IMG/VR virus record: IMGVR_UViG_3300028654_000009
Strand: one strand, 5' to 3'
Source of the DNA: a virus
Length of the DNA: 64,000 nucleotides
Each line of letters begins with the position of its first letter. The first letter of the stretch is position 1. This document shows, piece by piece, positions 36,134 through 45,508 of this stretch. A program made the position numbers and the translations under genes. A model generated the notes under the pieces. That model did no database searches. It worked only from the letters and a program-made list of their open reading frames with translations, and was not told the DNA's origin.

Positions 36134-37365
36134 GATTTCTGTTTCTCCAGTTGTTTTTGTTCCGCTATGTATGCTTCCCACTCTGGCGCTGTTCTGTATC
36201 CAGGCATCCGGCACCCAGGCATCCACCTCAAATGCGCGTTACCACTCAGTACCGCAGTTTTGAAAGCGTCAACGAATTTATCCGCCTCCGCCTGGACTTG
36301 CTCCTCGGTCATTGAGAGTTTACAGTGAAAATTCAAATGGTCAAACATTGTTTTTGACACACCTCTGATACCGAACTCTCCGATAAATCCTGTGGTGATT
36401 CTGCCAGAGCGAGTTTCGTGACCGCCCCACAGATCAAGGGGGTGCTGGTCTCGAAAGTCCCCTTTTTGGAACCTCGGGTCTTCGCGGTGGCCCAACCCCA
36501 CCCACACATCAGGCGCCGACAAGGCGATTGGCACCTTCCAGTCGTCCTCTTGCCACCCTGGGAGCCACGAGCAAAAGCCTCGAACGTAGTCGACAGCGTC
36601 AGGGTTCTTTTTCGCAGCTTTCGCCCGGTCGTACCGGTACATGGCCACGGCCCCCCAAAACTGCAAGCGGGCTACATCGTCTTCGAGCTTGATGTGGCGC
36701 TTCCAAAACTGCTCGGCTTCCTGCTTGGTGGCTGGCAGCTCCTTGTGGCGGAAGTTTGGGTAGATATTCCAGTAGGCATCGAACCAGGCCTGATCCTCGG
36801 CCGAAAGCGCCAGGGAAGACTTTACCATCCAATGCTCGAACACGTTGTCCGTTTCCAAAACGAAATCCATGCTATAAACCTTCTTGAGGCCGAAGGATGG
36901 GTCGTTACTGCACTTTATGTAGCATTCACAGGTGTTTTTGACAACATCTAGGTTATACCGAGACACAGCCCCGAGGAAGGCGGTAAGGCACCTGGAGCGT
37001 TTTTTGAGGTACCCACTCGCCGGCCACTCAGCAAACAGCCGCTCGAAAGCTTCAATATTGGGGTCCGCTGCCTTCGGCAAAGGGGCCTGCAATCGCTCTA
37101 CAGCCTCGTTGTACTCTTCTTGGGTGTTCGGGGGCAGGACGACCGATTCGGCGCCCCAGGGCTCGTCTGCGCGTTCTCCGCGCATGATGGCGGGCTTCTG
37201 GCCCGCACGAACAACGATTCGTTTCTGTGCCTGCAGGTCCGAAAGAATCTGGGCCACCTCGGAACGTGAAAGGCTGTACTCTTTGGCAAGAGTAACCTCG
37301 GACACCCGAGCTATTTCGAGCCCGTCTGGTAAAATACACTCAAACAATTCCTGAGCGGAGGTCAT
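36130..37365 (-). CDS. Putative replication initiator / replisome organizer
   Basis: N-terminal wHTH and two copies of the phage Rep-C motif (FERLFAEWP...; FDAYWNIYP...K.EA..FW). Confidence 0.55.
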   Translation of the reverse strand: MTSAQELFECILPDGLEIARVSEVTLAKEYSLSRSEVAQILSDLQAQKRIVVRAGQKPAIMRGERADEPWGAESVVLPPNTQEEYNEAVERLQAPLPKAADPNIEAFERLFAEWPASGYLKKRSRCLTAFLGAVSRYNLDVVKNTCECYIKCSNDPSFGLKKVYSMDFVLETDNVFEHWMVKSSLALSAEDQAWFDAYWNIYPNFRHKELPATKQEAEQFWKRHIKLEDDVARLQFWGAVAMYRYDRAKAAKKNPDAVDYVRGFCSWLPGWQEDDWKVPIALSAPDVWVGLGHREDPRFQKGDFRDQHPLDLWGGHETRSGRITTGFIGEFGIRGVSKTMFDHLNFHCKLSMTEEQVQAEADKFVDAFKTAVLSGNAHLRWMPGCRMPGYRTAPEWEAYIAEQKQLEKQKS

Positions 37366-37865
37366 TGAGACTCCTCGACGGCAAGCAGCTCTGACATATC
37401 AAACCGCAACTTAAGAGGAGGCTTCCTCCCTGTAAACATATCTGGCACACCCTCAATCGCTCGAACACGCAGGGTTTTGGGACATATCTTCCAAATCTTT
37501 TCGGTCAAACCGATGGTCACCGCGCTGGTTTTTTCCGCCACCTCCGGGACGAATTCCGCCTGCCCATCACTATCAATCATCGTGGAAAGATAAAGCATTA
37601 GCCATCGACCGGCCGGGGACAGCTTCAGGTCTTTGAGTCGTGAAAAGAGAAACAATGGGACCCTGGGCAAGGGGACTTGGGGAGGTAGCTCTCGTAACGG
37701 CCCCTTATAAGTCGCCGTGCTTACACCGACTATCTTGGCCACCTCCCTTATTGGCAATTGGGTCTGCAACTGAACTATCGCGGCTAACCGGGCTCCAGGA
37801 GAAGTTGGCCAAGACTCATTGGCCTTGCGCATTAAACTGTAACTCAAAAACGGTTTCTGTATCAT
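37362..37865 (-). CDS. HTH DNA-binding protein
   Basis: IREVAKIVGVSTAT. Start re-called to ATG 37865 after the promoter. Confidence 0.6.
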   Translation of the reverse strand: MIQKPFLSYSLMRKANESWPTSPGARLAAIVQLQTQLPIREVAKIVGVSTATYKGPLRELPPQVPLPRVPLFLFSRLKDLKLSPAGRWLMLYLSTMIDSDGQAEFVPEVAEKTSAVTIGLTEKIWKICPKTLRVRAIEGVPDMFTGRKPPLKLRFDMSELLAVEESQ

Positions 37866-37872
37866 GCCAAAG

Positions 37873-37901
37873 AGTCTATCACGGGCAACAAAAAGGGTCA
37901 A
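37873..37901 (-). promoter_or_regulatory. Promoter TTGACC-N17-TAGACT (extended TG), leaderless
   Basis: ATG 37865 is 7 nt after the -10. Confidence 0.7.
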
Positions 37902-38253
37902 GAGTCTTGTTTTAGTGTACCGTATCCAAAACATCAGAGCCACTGCAGCTTTTGTATTAGACTGTGGCGCCTTTTGTTGTAGCGGCCATTTTCCGCATAT
38001 AAGGAACGCGCGCGTCAGATCCGGATCTAATTAAGACTACCTCAGAACTCAGAGACTATAAAGGCTCCCTTGAATTCCGAGGACTTTTTTTTTGAATTTT
38101 TCTGGGGAAGTCCAAGTGTGCGAAAATTCACATACAGTCCCTTTCCGAGCAAAAACTCCGACCCCCAAAATGATGGGCGCGCTGCCGTGCGTCAGCGTCA
38201 TTTTGATATCTGTTTTCCAGGATTGGCGGGAAATATTTTCTGCAAAGTGGGGC
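37902..38253. other. Non-coding divergence region, candidate replication origin
   Basis: Largest intergenic gap, at the strand switch; palindromes and A/T tracts; adjacent to Rep-like genes. Confidence 0.4.
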
Positions 38254-38282
38254 TTGCGGCTGACACGGGGCTCTGGTATACT
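38254..38282 (+). promoter_or_regulatory. Promoter TTGCGG-N17-TATACT (extended TG), leaderless or near-leaderless
   Basis: ATG 38291 is 8 nt after the -10, with no SD. Confidence 0.7.
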
Positions 38283-38290
38283 CAACACCT

Positions 38291-40129
38291 ATGGCTTCTA
38301 CTATCAAATCCCATGCCGCGTTCAAGACCGTTCTTCCCAAGGGTGACAAGCTAGACAGAAAAATTCTGGACACCCTGAAAACCGTAGCCGAAGTGGTCGG
38401 TGGAACGCTGGGGCCGTGCGGTCGCCCGGTGCTAATCGAGCGCTCCGAAGACGGTATCCCGCCCGTCGTGACCAAAGACGGCGTGACCGTGTTTCGGGCT
38501 CTCGGCTTCGAGGACGCCACCTCCCAGTGTTTGCTGGAGGTCACCCGCGATGCCTCGGTGAGAACGGCCGATAGCGCTGGAGACGGAACGACCACAGCCA
38601 CCATTCTGGCTGAAGCTTTTGTGCGGCACACCCTGCAGTATTGCAAGGACCACAAGAGCCTCTCACCCGCGAAGGTGGTGCGAGAAATCCAGGCGACGTT
38701 CCAGAACGTCATGAGGCCGGAGCTGGAACGACTGGCCGTGAAGTATTCGCTCGACGATGAGGGACTACAGGGGCTCTGGAACGTGGCGAACATTTCCGCC
38801 AACGGAGACTCCGCCCTGGCCGACGCCGTCATCGATTGCTATCAAATCTGCGGAGACGACGGCAATATCACCGTCGCCGACGGCAACGATGGACAGGGTT
38901 CTCGGTACGAGCCTGAGAAAATCGAAGGGTATCCTATTGCTATGGGGTACGAGTCTTCGTGCGGCCGGCTGTTTCCGATTTTCATCAACCGCCAGGACAC
39001 CCAGCAGTGTGTGTTGGACCGGCCGATTTTTATCCTGTACTTCGGGCGGTTGAACGAAAGCCAGTCCGCGATTGACCTTCTCAACCAGATTCAAACGGCG
39101 TGGGAAAACCATGAACTTGCTACCCCCAATGTCGTGTTCGTGGCGACGGGGTTTTCTGACCAGGTGGTGGCAGATTTCGCCGGCAACTGGCTGAACGGTG
39201 AGGCCATCAACGTGTTTCCTCTGGCCTGTCCCGACAGCCCCCAAACCAACGGGTCGCGGAATTTCATGGACGACCTTGCGGCCGTCACGGCTGCCACAGT
39301 CTTCGACCCGATCACCAAGAAGCTGGAGACAGCGACGCTAGGGGACCTGGGGAACATCGAGCTGAAGGGCGTAGAGAACCCTGAAACGTTGGAGACGAAG
39401 TACACCTGGGAGCCCCGGGGCGTCAAGCATTTTGAGTGCTCGCGCTATCGCAGCTCAATCGTGGGCTTTGCAGACGAAGAAATCTTGATTGCCCGCCAGG
39501 ATGTCGTTCGCGCGCGGGCTGAGCACGAGTCTTCCACGCTGGATGCCGTTTGGACTCGCGAACGGCTGGCCAAGTTGACGGGAGGTATCGCTCGGCTCAA
39601 GGTGATGGGCAGCTCAGGTGCCGATATCTCCGAGCGTCGCGACCGAGCCGACGACGCGATTTGCGCTGTCCGGGGCGCAATCAAGTATGGCACCCTCGTG
39701 GGCGGTGGTTGGGCTCTTGCTCGGCTGGCTATGGTGTTGCCTCAGTCCGAGGTCAACAGCGCGATCCTGCGGCCGGCGCTTTTGCGCCCGGCGGAGACGC
39801 TGTTCGCCAACGCTGGGTTTTCTACGGAAGAGAGCCGAGGTTTGATACTGCCCGTACTCGCGTCCACGGAGCACGGCGACCCGAACCAGGCCGTGGTGTA
39901 CGACCTGAATTCTGGGCGCCACGTAAGAGGCCTGGCGGCCGGGCTGCTCGATTCGTATTCTGCGGTGTTTGAGGCTCTGAAGAACTCCATTTCGCTGGCG
40001 TCGCTGTTGGGCACCCTTGGAGGGACCATCGTTCACCCTCGCGACAAGTCATTCGACATGCAGGACGCCAAAGACGCAGCTGAATTTGCAAGAATGATGA
40101 GCGTCAACCCGGCTGACGAACGGCCGTAA
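38291..40129 (+). CDS. groEL: Phage chaperonin GroEL
   Basis: TLGPCG, VTKDGVTV, AGDGTTTA, RERLAKLTGG and VGGG motifs. Confidence 0.95.
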   Translation: MASTIKSHAAFKTVLPKGDKLDRKILDTLKTVAEVVGGTLGPCGRPVLIERSEDGIPPVVTKDGVTVFRALGFEDATSQCLLEVTRDASVRTADSAGDGTTTATILAEAFVRHTLQYCKDHKSLSPAKVVREIQATFQNVMRPELERLAVKYSLDDEGLQGLWNVANISANGDSALADAVIDCYQICGDDGNITVADGNDGQGSRYEPEKIEGYPIAMGYESSCGRLFPIFINRQDTQQCVLDRPIFILYFGRLNESQSAIDLLNQIQTAWENHELATPNVVFVATGFSDQVVADFAGNWLNGEAINVFPLACPDSPQTNGSRNFMDDLAAVTAATVFDPITKKLETATLGDLGNIELKGVENPETLETKYTWEPRGVKHFECSRYRSSIVGFADEEILIARQDVVRARAEHESSTLDAVWTRERLAKLTGGIARLKVMGSSGADISERRDRADDAICAVRGAIKYGTLVGGGWALARLAMVLPQSEVNSAILRPALLRPAETLFANAGFSTEESRGLILPVLASTEHGDPNQAVVYDLNSGRHVRGLAAGLLDSYSAVFEALKNSISLASLLGTLGGTIVHPRDKSFDMQDAKDAAEFARMMSVNPADERP

Positions 40130-40144
40130 GTGGAGAGGATTAGG

Positions 40145-40414
40145 TTGCCGCTCTTCAAACTGCGCTGTGGTCGGTGCGAGAAAGAAAAGAAGGTCATGCG
40201 TGACAGCCCTCCCAAGGAGTGTTGCCCTTGCGGTGGAGAATTCCAGCGGGCTGGGAATGGGCCTTCTTCCCAGGTGGTGGAGAGACTGGACAACGGCCTG
40301 ATGCCCAAGCCGCTGGAGCGCTTGGTGGACGCCGAACGCTTGCACCAAGAGCGTGCGGACAACGCCGAGTCGGGCGCGGGACGCACGCAGGGGCTGCGCG
40401 GTCGAGATGTCTAA
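40145..40414 (+). CDS. FmdB-family zinc-ribbon protein
   Basis: (M)PLFKLRCGRC...CCPCGG; TTG start after GGAGAGG. Confidence 0.7.
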   Translation: MPLFKLRCGRCEKEKKVMRDSPPKECCPCGGEFQRAGNGPSSQVVERLDNGLMPKPLERLVDAERLHQERADNAESGAGRTQGLRGRDV

Positions 40415-42551
40415 CGTTCGCCTTAAAAAGCTGTACGGGGGCCGCTTCAGGTCTTTCAAGCAGCCTTTTTCCATCGACCTCCCCGATACGGGGATGGTAC
40501 TGATCTCTGGCTTGAACCAGGATACCGGAGACCCGAGCGGGGCCGGGAAGTCTTCCCTCGTTCTGGCGATTTCGTACCTGTTCGGCGGCTGCCCTTTTCC
40601 TGGAACGGAGCTTCAGAACAGCGAAGACGACGAGCCCTTCCTGGTTGGTGCCGTTTTAGAGAATGAGCACGGCCAGTGGACCGTAGAGAGGCAGAAGGGC
40701 CTGCGCATTACGCCGCCCGGTGGCCCGACGATGAAGGGGAAGATAGCCGAAGTCGAGCTAGATGCTTTGTTCGGCATGGACGAGAAGACCCGAGCCATCA
40801 CCACCTATCGGGGCCAGAACGAGGACGGGCTATTTATCTCGATGCCTGACGCCGCGAAGAAGGAATTTCTTTCTTCCGTGCTGGGGCTCGAAGTGTTTTC
40901 GAGCATTGCTGAAGAGGCTTCTGCTAAGGCCAAGTTTTTACTTCAAGAACAGTCGAAGCAAACTGGCGTTCTGGAGGAGGCTACGCGGTCGTTGAGCCTG
41001 GACGAACAGGAAGTCCGACCGATAGACGAACTACAGGCCGAGTCTGCATCCTTGGCTGGACTGATTGAGCAGCTCGATTTGGCCAAGACCGAAAATCAAA
41101 GCCAGCTGGAGGAGCAGGACCGACGCTGGGAAGAAATCTACCAAAAGATTCAAGAGACCCAAGCCGCCATCGTGGCCAAGACCGCCAAGGTAAAAGCCAA
41201 AGCGCAAGAAAAGCGAGACGCCCTGAACGTTGCGTGGCGTGAAGCCTTTGTGACCGTTGAATCTGACTCCATCAATGCTCTGCTCAACGAAAGAACGATG
41301 GTTCAAAAAGACCTGGCCGAGGCGGCCAAGGAAGACACCCAGGCTTCTCAGGCTCATGAACGCAAGCGCGCCGACATCAGGACCAAAATCGCCTTGCTCG
41401 GGGTCAAGGTAAGAAAAATTCCCGAGGTCGAGGCGAGCATCAATACCCTGGACGCCGACATAAAAGCCCTAGAGGCAAACGTCTGCTCGACGTGTAGCCA
41501 ACCCTGGCTGACGGACAGTTTGCCTGGAATACTGGCTGGCAAAAAACTCGAACTGGAGGACAACAAGAAAGCTCTCCAGGCCCTTTTGGTTGAGAAAGAC
41601 CTGTGTTCTGAACTCTCTGGCCAGTTGAAGTCCATGTCTGATTGGCCTCCGAGTGAAAAGGCGCTGTCCCTGCAGGGGCGCCTGGATGGGCTGACGAAAT
41701 GCCTCGAAGTAGAAAGCAAAGCTGTTGCCGGGGTGACTGCGGCCAAGGCCAAAAAGGTGAAAGAAGATATCGCCGCTTTGGATGAAAAGGAAACTCAGGT
41801 CATCGGCTCGCAAACAGCTCCGCTCAATGAGCAGTTGGCGCTGCTTACGGCAGAAAAGACCGCTCTGAGTAAGACGCTGGCTGACGGAGGGCGACTGAAA
41901 TGCTCCCTCATTGATAAGGCCTCGGTTCTGCAAGCTCAGAAAGCGGGCATAGACCACCGCATCGAAGCGCACAAGGTACAGCAGAAGCTGTTGCTCAAGA
42001 AACGGGAGAGAGTAAGCGCTCTTCAACTTGCGGCTGACCAGCTGGCAGAAGAACTCCACCTTGAGCAGGACGTCGCTGCTTTGGTGGGGAAGAACGGATT
42101 CCTGAATGTGATTTTCGACGACGTCCTGGCGGAGGTGGCTGCTTCCACCAACGAGATTTTGGCTGGCATCGCCAACGTCAGACATATCGTGGTCAGCTTT
42201 GATACAGAGGACCCCACCAGGATCGTCCCGATGGTGTCGGTCAGCGGAGAATCTCGTCCCCTTCGTTCGTATCTGAGCGGAGGTCAACAGTCGGCCGTCA
42301 AGCTCGCCCTGGACCTCGGGCTCGGAGCGGTGGTGGCGAAACGTCGGGGCCGGTACCCAGGATTTCTGGTGTTGGACGAGAGTTTCGATGGGCTCGGCCC
42401 CGTTGCCCAAGAGAGCTGTCTCGAAGTCCTTTCTGCCGCTTCCAAAGACAGATTGATATTCGTCATTCAACACGCCGATCGGTTTGCTGGCATGTTCGAC
42501 GAGGTAATTCACGTCAAGTTCGTTGACGGAGAATCGTTTATCGGCTCATGA
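40407..42551 (+). CDS. sbcC: Rad50/SbcC (T4 gp46-like) ATPase
   Basis: GAGKSS, coiled coil with CSTC hook, LSGGQ, LDE, H-loop QH. Confidence 0.9.
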   Translation: MSNVRLKKLYGGRFRSFKQPFSIDLPDTGMVLISGLNQDTGDPSGAGKSSLVLAISYLFGGCPFPGTELQNSEDDEPFLVGAVLENEHGQWTVERQKGLRITPPGGPTMKGKIAEVELDALFGMDEKTRAITTYRGQNEDGLFISMPDAAKKEFLSSVLGLEVFSSIAEEASAKAKFLLQEQSKQTGVLEEATRSLSLDEQEVRPIDELQAESASLAGLIEQLDLAKTENQSQLEEQDRRWEEIYQKIQETQAAIVAKTAKVKAKAQEKRDALNVAWREAFVTVESDSINALLNERTMVQKDLAEAAKEDTQASQAHERKRADIRTKIALLGVKVRKIPEVEASINTLDADIKALEANVCSTCSQPWLTDSLPGILAGKKLELEDNKKALQALLVEKDLCSELSGQLKSMSDWPPSEKALSLQGRLDGLTKCLEVESKAVAGVTAAKAKKVKEDIAALDEKETQVIGSQTAPLNEQLALLTAEKTALSKTLADGGRLKCSLIDKASVLQAQKAGIDHRIEAHKVQQKLLLKKRERVSALQLAADQLAEELHLEQDVAALVGKNGFLNVIFDDVLAEVAASTNEILAGIANVRHIVVSFDTEDPTRIVPMVSVSGESRPLRSYLSGGQQSAVKLALDLGLGAVVAKRRGRYPGFLVLDESFDGLGPVAQESCLEVLSAASKDRLIFVIQHADRFAGMFDEVIHVKFVDGESFIGS

Positions 42552-43093
42552 AAAAGACGTGCTCTAAATGTAAAATTTCTCAAGATGAAACGGAGTTTTA
42601 CCGCCATCGCGCTCAATGTAAGAAGTGTAAGAGAAAGTACCAAAAATATTATCAAGAAAATAATATCGTGCGGTATGAAGAATACCAAAAGGAGTATAAA
42701 GCAGCGAATAAATCTTCTAGAGCAGCGAATCAAAAGGAGTATCACAGAAATAAAATGGAATCAGATCCAGTCTATAGGACTAAAAGGAACATCCGTCACA
42801 GATTCCGTCAAGCACTTAAAGGCGGATTCAAGTATGGCTCGTCCGTCAAATTGCTTGGCTGCACCGTACAGGAAGTGTGGGACCATCTTTGTTTCTTGCT
42901 CCTTCCAGGAATGACTCCGGACCACCACCCTTTGACAGGAAATTCGAAGAATGGCTGGCACATTGACCACATCGTTCCTTTAGACAGTTTTGATCTTGAG
43001 GACCCGATTCAACTAGCAAAAGCTTGGCACTATACCAACCTACAACCCCTCTGGGCTATTGACAATTTCAAGAAGGGGAGTAAAACAGGGACC

Positions 43094-43122
43094 TTGACAT
43101 TGAACCAGTGTCCGGTTAAACT
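43094..43122 (+). promoter_or_regulatory. Internal promoter TTGACA-N17-TAAACT
   Basis: Followed by GAGGAG RBS and ATG 43148. Confidence 0.7.
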
Positions 43123-43147
43123 TCTTTCAACAACCGAGGAGATCACA

Positions 43148-43393
43148 ATGGCCCTGACTATTAAAGACATTAGAACGATCCAGGACTTCGCTCGCAAGCG
43201 GTTTGTCGGGCAGCCGGCCCGCGCTCGCCTTGAAGAAACTGGCGAGGCGCTCTCGCCAAGCGAGTTGGCAACCATTGCCAACATAGAGGCAACTCTGAAT
43301 TTTCTCTCCGAGAAGGGTGTCCTTCAAAACGCTGACCGATTCGGTGTGGAATTCCGCACTATTGATTCGGAAGTCATCGACGCAATCGCATAG
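43148..43393 (+). CDS. Hypothetical protein (81 aa) nested in frame at the end of the HNH ORF
   Basis: MALTIKDIRTIQDF...; own promoter and RBS, higher GC than the HNH part. Confidence 0.7.
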   Translation: MALTIKDIRTIQDFARKRFVGQPARARLEETGEALSPSELATIANIEATLNFLSEKGVLQNADRFGVEFRTIDSEVIDAIA

Positions 43394-43403
43394 AAAGGGA
43401 ACA

Positions 43404-43733
43404 ATGGCCGACAAGAAGGAAAAGCAGTACAAGAAGTTTCAGACACTGGACGAGGAGTGGCGCACCAACGCTTTGACGAAGTCCGAGCCTGACCTGAACA
43501 AGGCGATTCGCGATGTGGCCGTGCAGTCCATCGTGCTTGAGCTGGCGAAGGAAGCTGACCAGGACCTGGCCGCTGCCAAGGAGGCCGTGAAGACTGCTTC
43601 CGAGCAGTACAAGGAGGGCAAGAAGCGTCACTCTATTGAGATCGAGTTCCTGGTGGAGTGTCTTCGTTCGCGAGGCGCGAACATTCCTTCGATCGACGAG
43701 TTTTTGGAGGGAGTGAAGGCCGACCTGGTTTAA
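43404..43733 (+). CDS. Coiled-coil hypothetical protein
   Basis: Start re-called to ATG 43404. Confidence 0.7.
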   Translation: MADKKEKQYKKFQTLDEEWRTNALTKSEPDLNKAIRDVAVQSIVLELAKEADQDLAAAKEAVKTASEQYKEGKKRHSIEIEFLVECLRSRGANIPSIDEFLEGVKADLV

Positions 43734-43754
43734 TCGAGAAGGTAATCTGTGGGG

Positions 43755-44078
43755 ATGCCGCTGATTACCCCGACGAAGCAGACGCTGAAACGCTATGGCT
43801 TGTCGCTTGAAGAATGGCAGGCCATGGCGGAGAAGTACAATCATGCGTGTGCAATTTGTAAGACTGAGCCCAAGAAGGGGCGCCTTCACATCGACCACGA
43901 ACACGTGAAGGGATGGAAAAAGATGGCACCATCTGAACGCAAAAAACATGTAAGGTGCCTTGCATGTTTCCGATGCAATGTGTCGTTTATAGGCCGTGGA
44001 ATAACAATTGCTCGGGCACAGGCCGTTGTTGACGTACTCGCAGAATATGCTTTGAAGCACCCAGGAAGGACTATTTAA
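43755..44078 (+). CDS. Recombination endonuclease VII-like resolvase
   Basis: YGLSLEEW...CAIC...LHIDHEH...CFRCN; AATCT 6 nt upstream. Confidence 0.85.
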   Translation: MPLITPTKQTLKRYGLSLEEWQAMAEKYNHACAICKTEPKKGRLHIDHEHVKGWKKMAPSERKKHVRCLACFRCNVSFIGRGITIARAQAVVDVLAEYALKHPGRTI

Positions 44079-45121
44079 TGGCAACAGATGACGGCTGGTC
44101 GTTCAGCGATTACGGATTGGCGGAAGAACCGCCGCAGCAACATTTTGCTCCGGAGTTTCCGCCACACCGATTCCCGGAGGTCGAGCCTGAGGAGGCTTAT
44201 AACCCTCTGCAGCATGAATCGGCCCTCGACCAGGAGATGTCCGAAGCTGAGCGTCGCCTTCACAAGGCCTCTCTTTACCGTCAGTTTTTGACAGGTAACG
44301 TATTCTCTGGAGACCAGGACCAAGAGACGCTGGAGGTAGAGGCGGAGTTCCGAGAGTTCGCTAGGTTCCGTCTGGGGAAGCTGTTGGGGATCTCTTCGAA
44401 CAAAGCCGACCCCACAACTGGCTTCAGCGAAGCGGACGTCAAGGTCCTGCGGTTCCTGATAGAGAGCGTGATGGACAACGCAAAGGTTCGAGCGTCTTTG
44501 GGTCTCGGCGGGGCGCCGGCAACAAAGCGCCCCAAGCCCGAGCTGACGAAGCATGTGGTCCAGCCACAAAACCCCACCTTGCGGCCCCGCCCCCAGCCGG
44601 AGAGCGCAAGGCCGCGCCAGCAACAGAACGTCCGGCAACAGCCCCAATCGCAGCCCCAGCAGACTCCTCCCCCCAAGCGACCCCAGGGTCCCCTGCGGAC
44701 CCAGCCGCCCGCCCAGCAGCAGCCCAAGAAGGACTGGAGCGTGGCCCTTCCGGACGACACCCTGATTCAGGAGAACGGACGGACCTTCAAGGCGAAGTGG
44801 GTCCAGATGGGGCAACACGAGTACGGAGACGCCGTGGCCGCCCGCCTGGAAAAGCTGCAGCCGGGAGAAGCAACAAGGCTGTCAAACGGGATTCAGGTAG
44901 TGAAGACGGAGGGGGAAGAGTTTTTCAAGGTGGTGCTTCGGGACCTGACACCGCAGGTGAAGGGTGAGGGAGGGTTCCCTACTCCAACAGCGGCTCAGTT
45001 GTCAATGGCTACTCAAAATATAGCTGCCGAGCAGGTGCAGAACTTCGCCCCGAGCGGTAGCGGGGGCGGCATGACTGGTCGCGCTGCCTCAATCGTTGCA
45101 CAAGTATTTGCAGAGGAATAA
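44078..45121 (+). CDS. Hypothetical protein with Pro/Gln-rich linker
   Basis: 347 aa, coupled. Confidence 0.7.
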   Translation: MATDDGWSFSDYGLAEEPPQQHFAPEFPPHRFPEVEPEEAYNPLQHESALDQEMSEAERRLHKASLYRQFLTGNVFSGDQDQETLEVEAEFREFARFRLGKLLGISSNKADPTTGFSEADVKVLRFLIESVMDNAKVRASLGLGGAPATKRPKPELTKHVVQPQNPTLRPRPQPESARPRQQQNVRQQPQSQPQQTPPPKRPQGPLRTQPPAQQQPKKDWSVALPDDTLIQENGRTFKAKWVQMGQHEYGDAVAARLEKLQPGEATRLSNGIQVVKTEGEEFFKVVLRDLTPQVKGEGGFPTPTAAQLSMATQNIAAEQVQNFAPSGSGGGMTGRAASIVAQVFAEE

Positions 45122-45508
45122 ATGAACAAGGAAGAATTGGTCCAGCAGCTACATAACGCCCAGGTCGAGGTTGCTCGACAGGCTCCCCCAATTGGTGAAG
45201 GAGCAACTACGGTTAAGGTCGACCTCGCAAAGGCGATGGAAACGCCTCGTGAGAGAATCAAGCCATGTTTGCCTGAGGGGTATCGGTACCCCCAGAAATA
45301 CGAGTTTGGCACACGCACCGAAGGGTTGTCGGCTGAGTGTGTCGCCGTCGGGGAGCACATCAACGAACAGAAGTTCAAGGCCACCCCTATCGAGGAGAAG
45401 GTCGAAAGTTTGACGGCCCAAGTGGCGATGTTGAGTCAACGGGTAGCAGATTTGACGGTGTTTGTGGCCAAGATCAATCACAATAACAACAAAAAGGAGA
45501 CCGAATAA
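45122..45508 (+). CDS. Hypothetical protein
   Basis: 128 aa, coupled. Confidence 0.65.
   Translation: MNKEELVQQLHNAQVEVARQAPPIGEGATTVKVDLAKAMETPRERIKPCLPEGYRYPQKYEFGTRTEGLSAECVAVGEHINEQKFKATPIEEKVESLTAQVAMLSQRVADLTVFVAKINHNNNKKETE

Larger units (their letters stand above)
42548..43393 (+). mobile_element. AT-rich HNH-type homing endonuclease reading through in frame into the next gene
   Basis: CSKC/CKKC, WHIDHIVPL...HYTNLQPLW..DN..K; no stop before ATG 43148. Confidence 0.75.
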
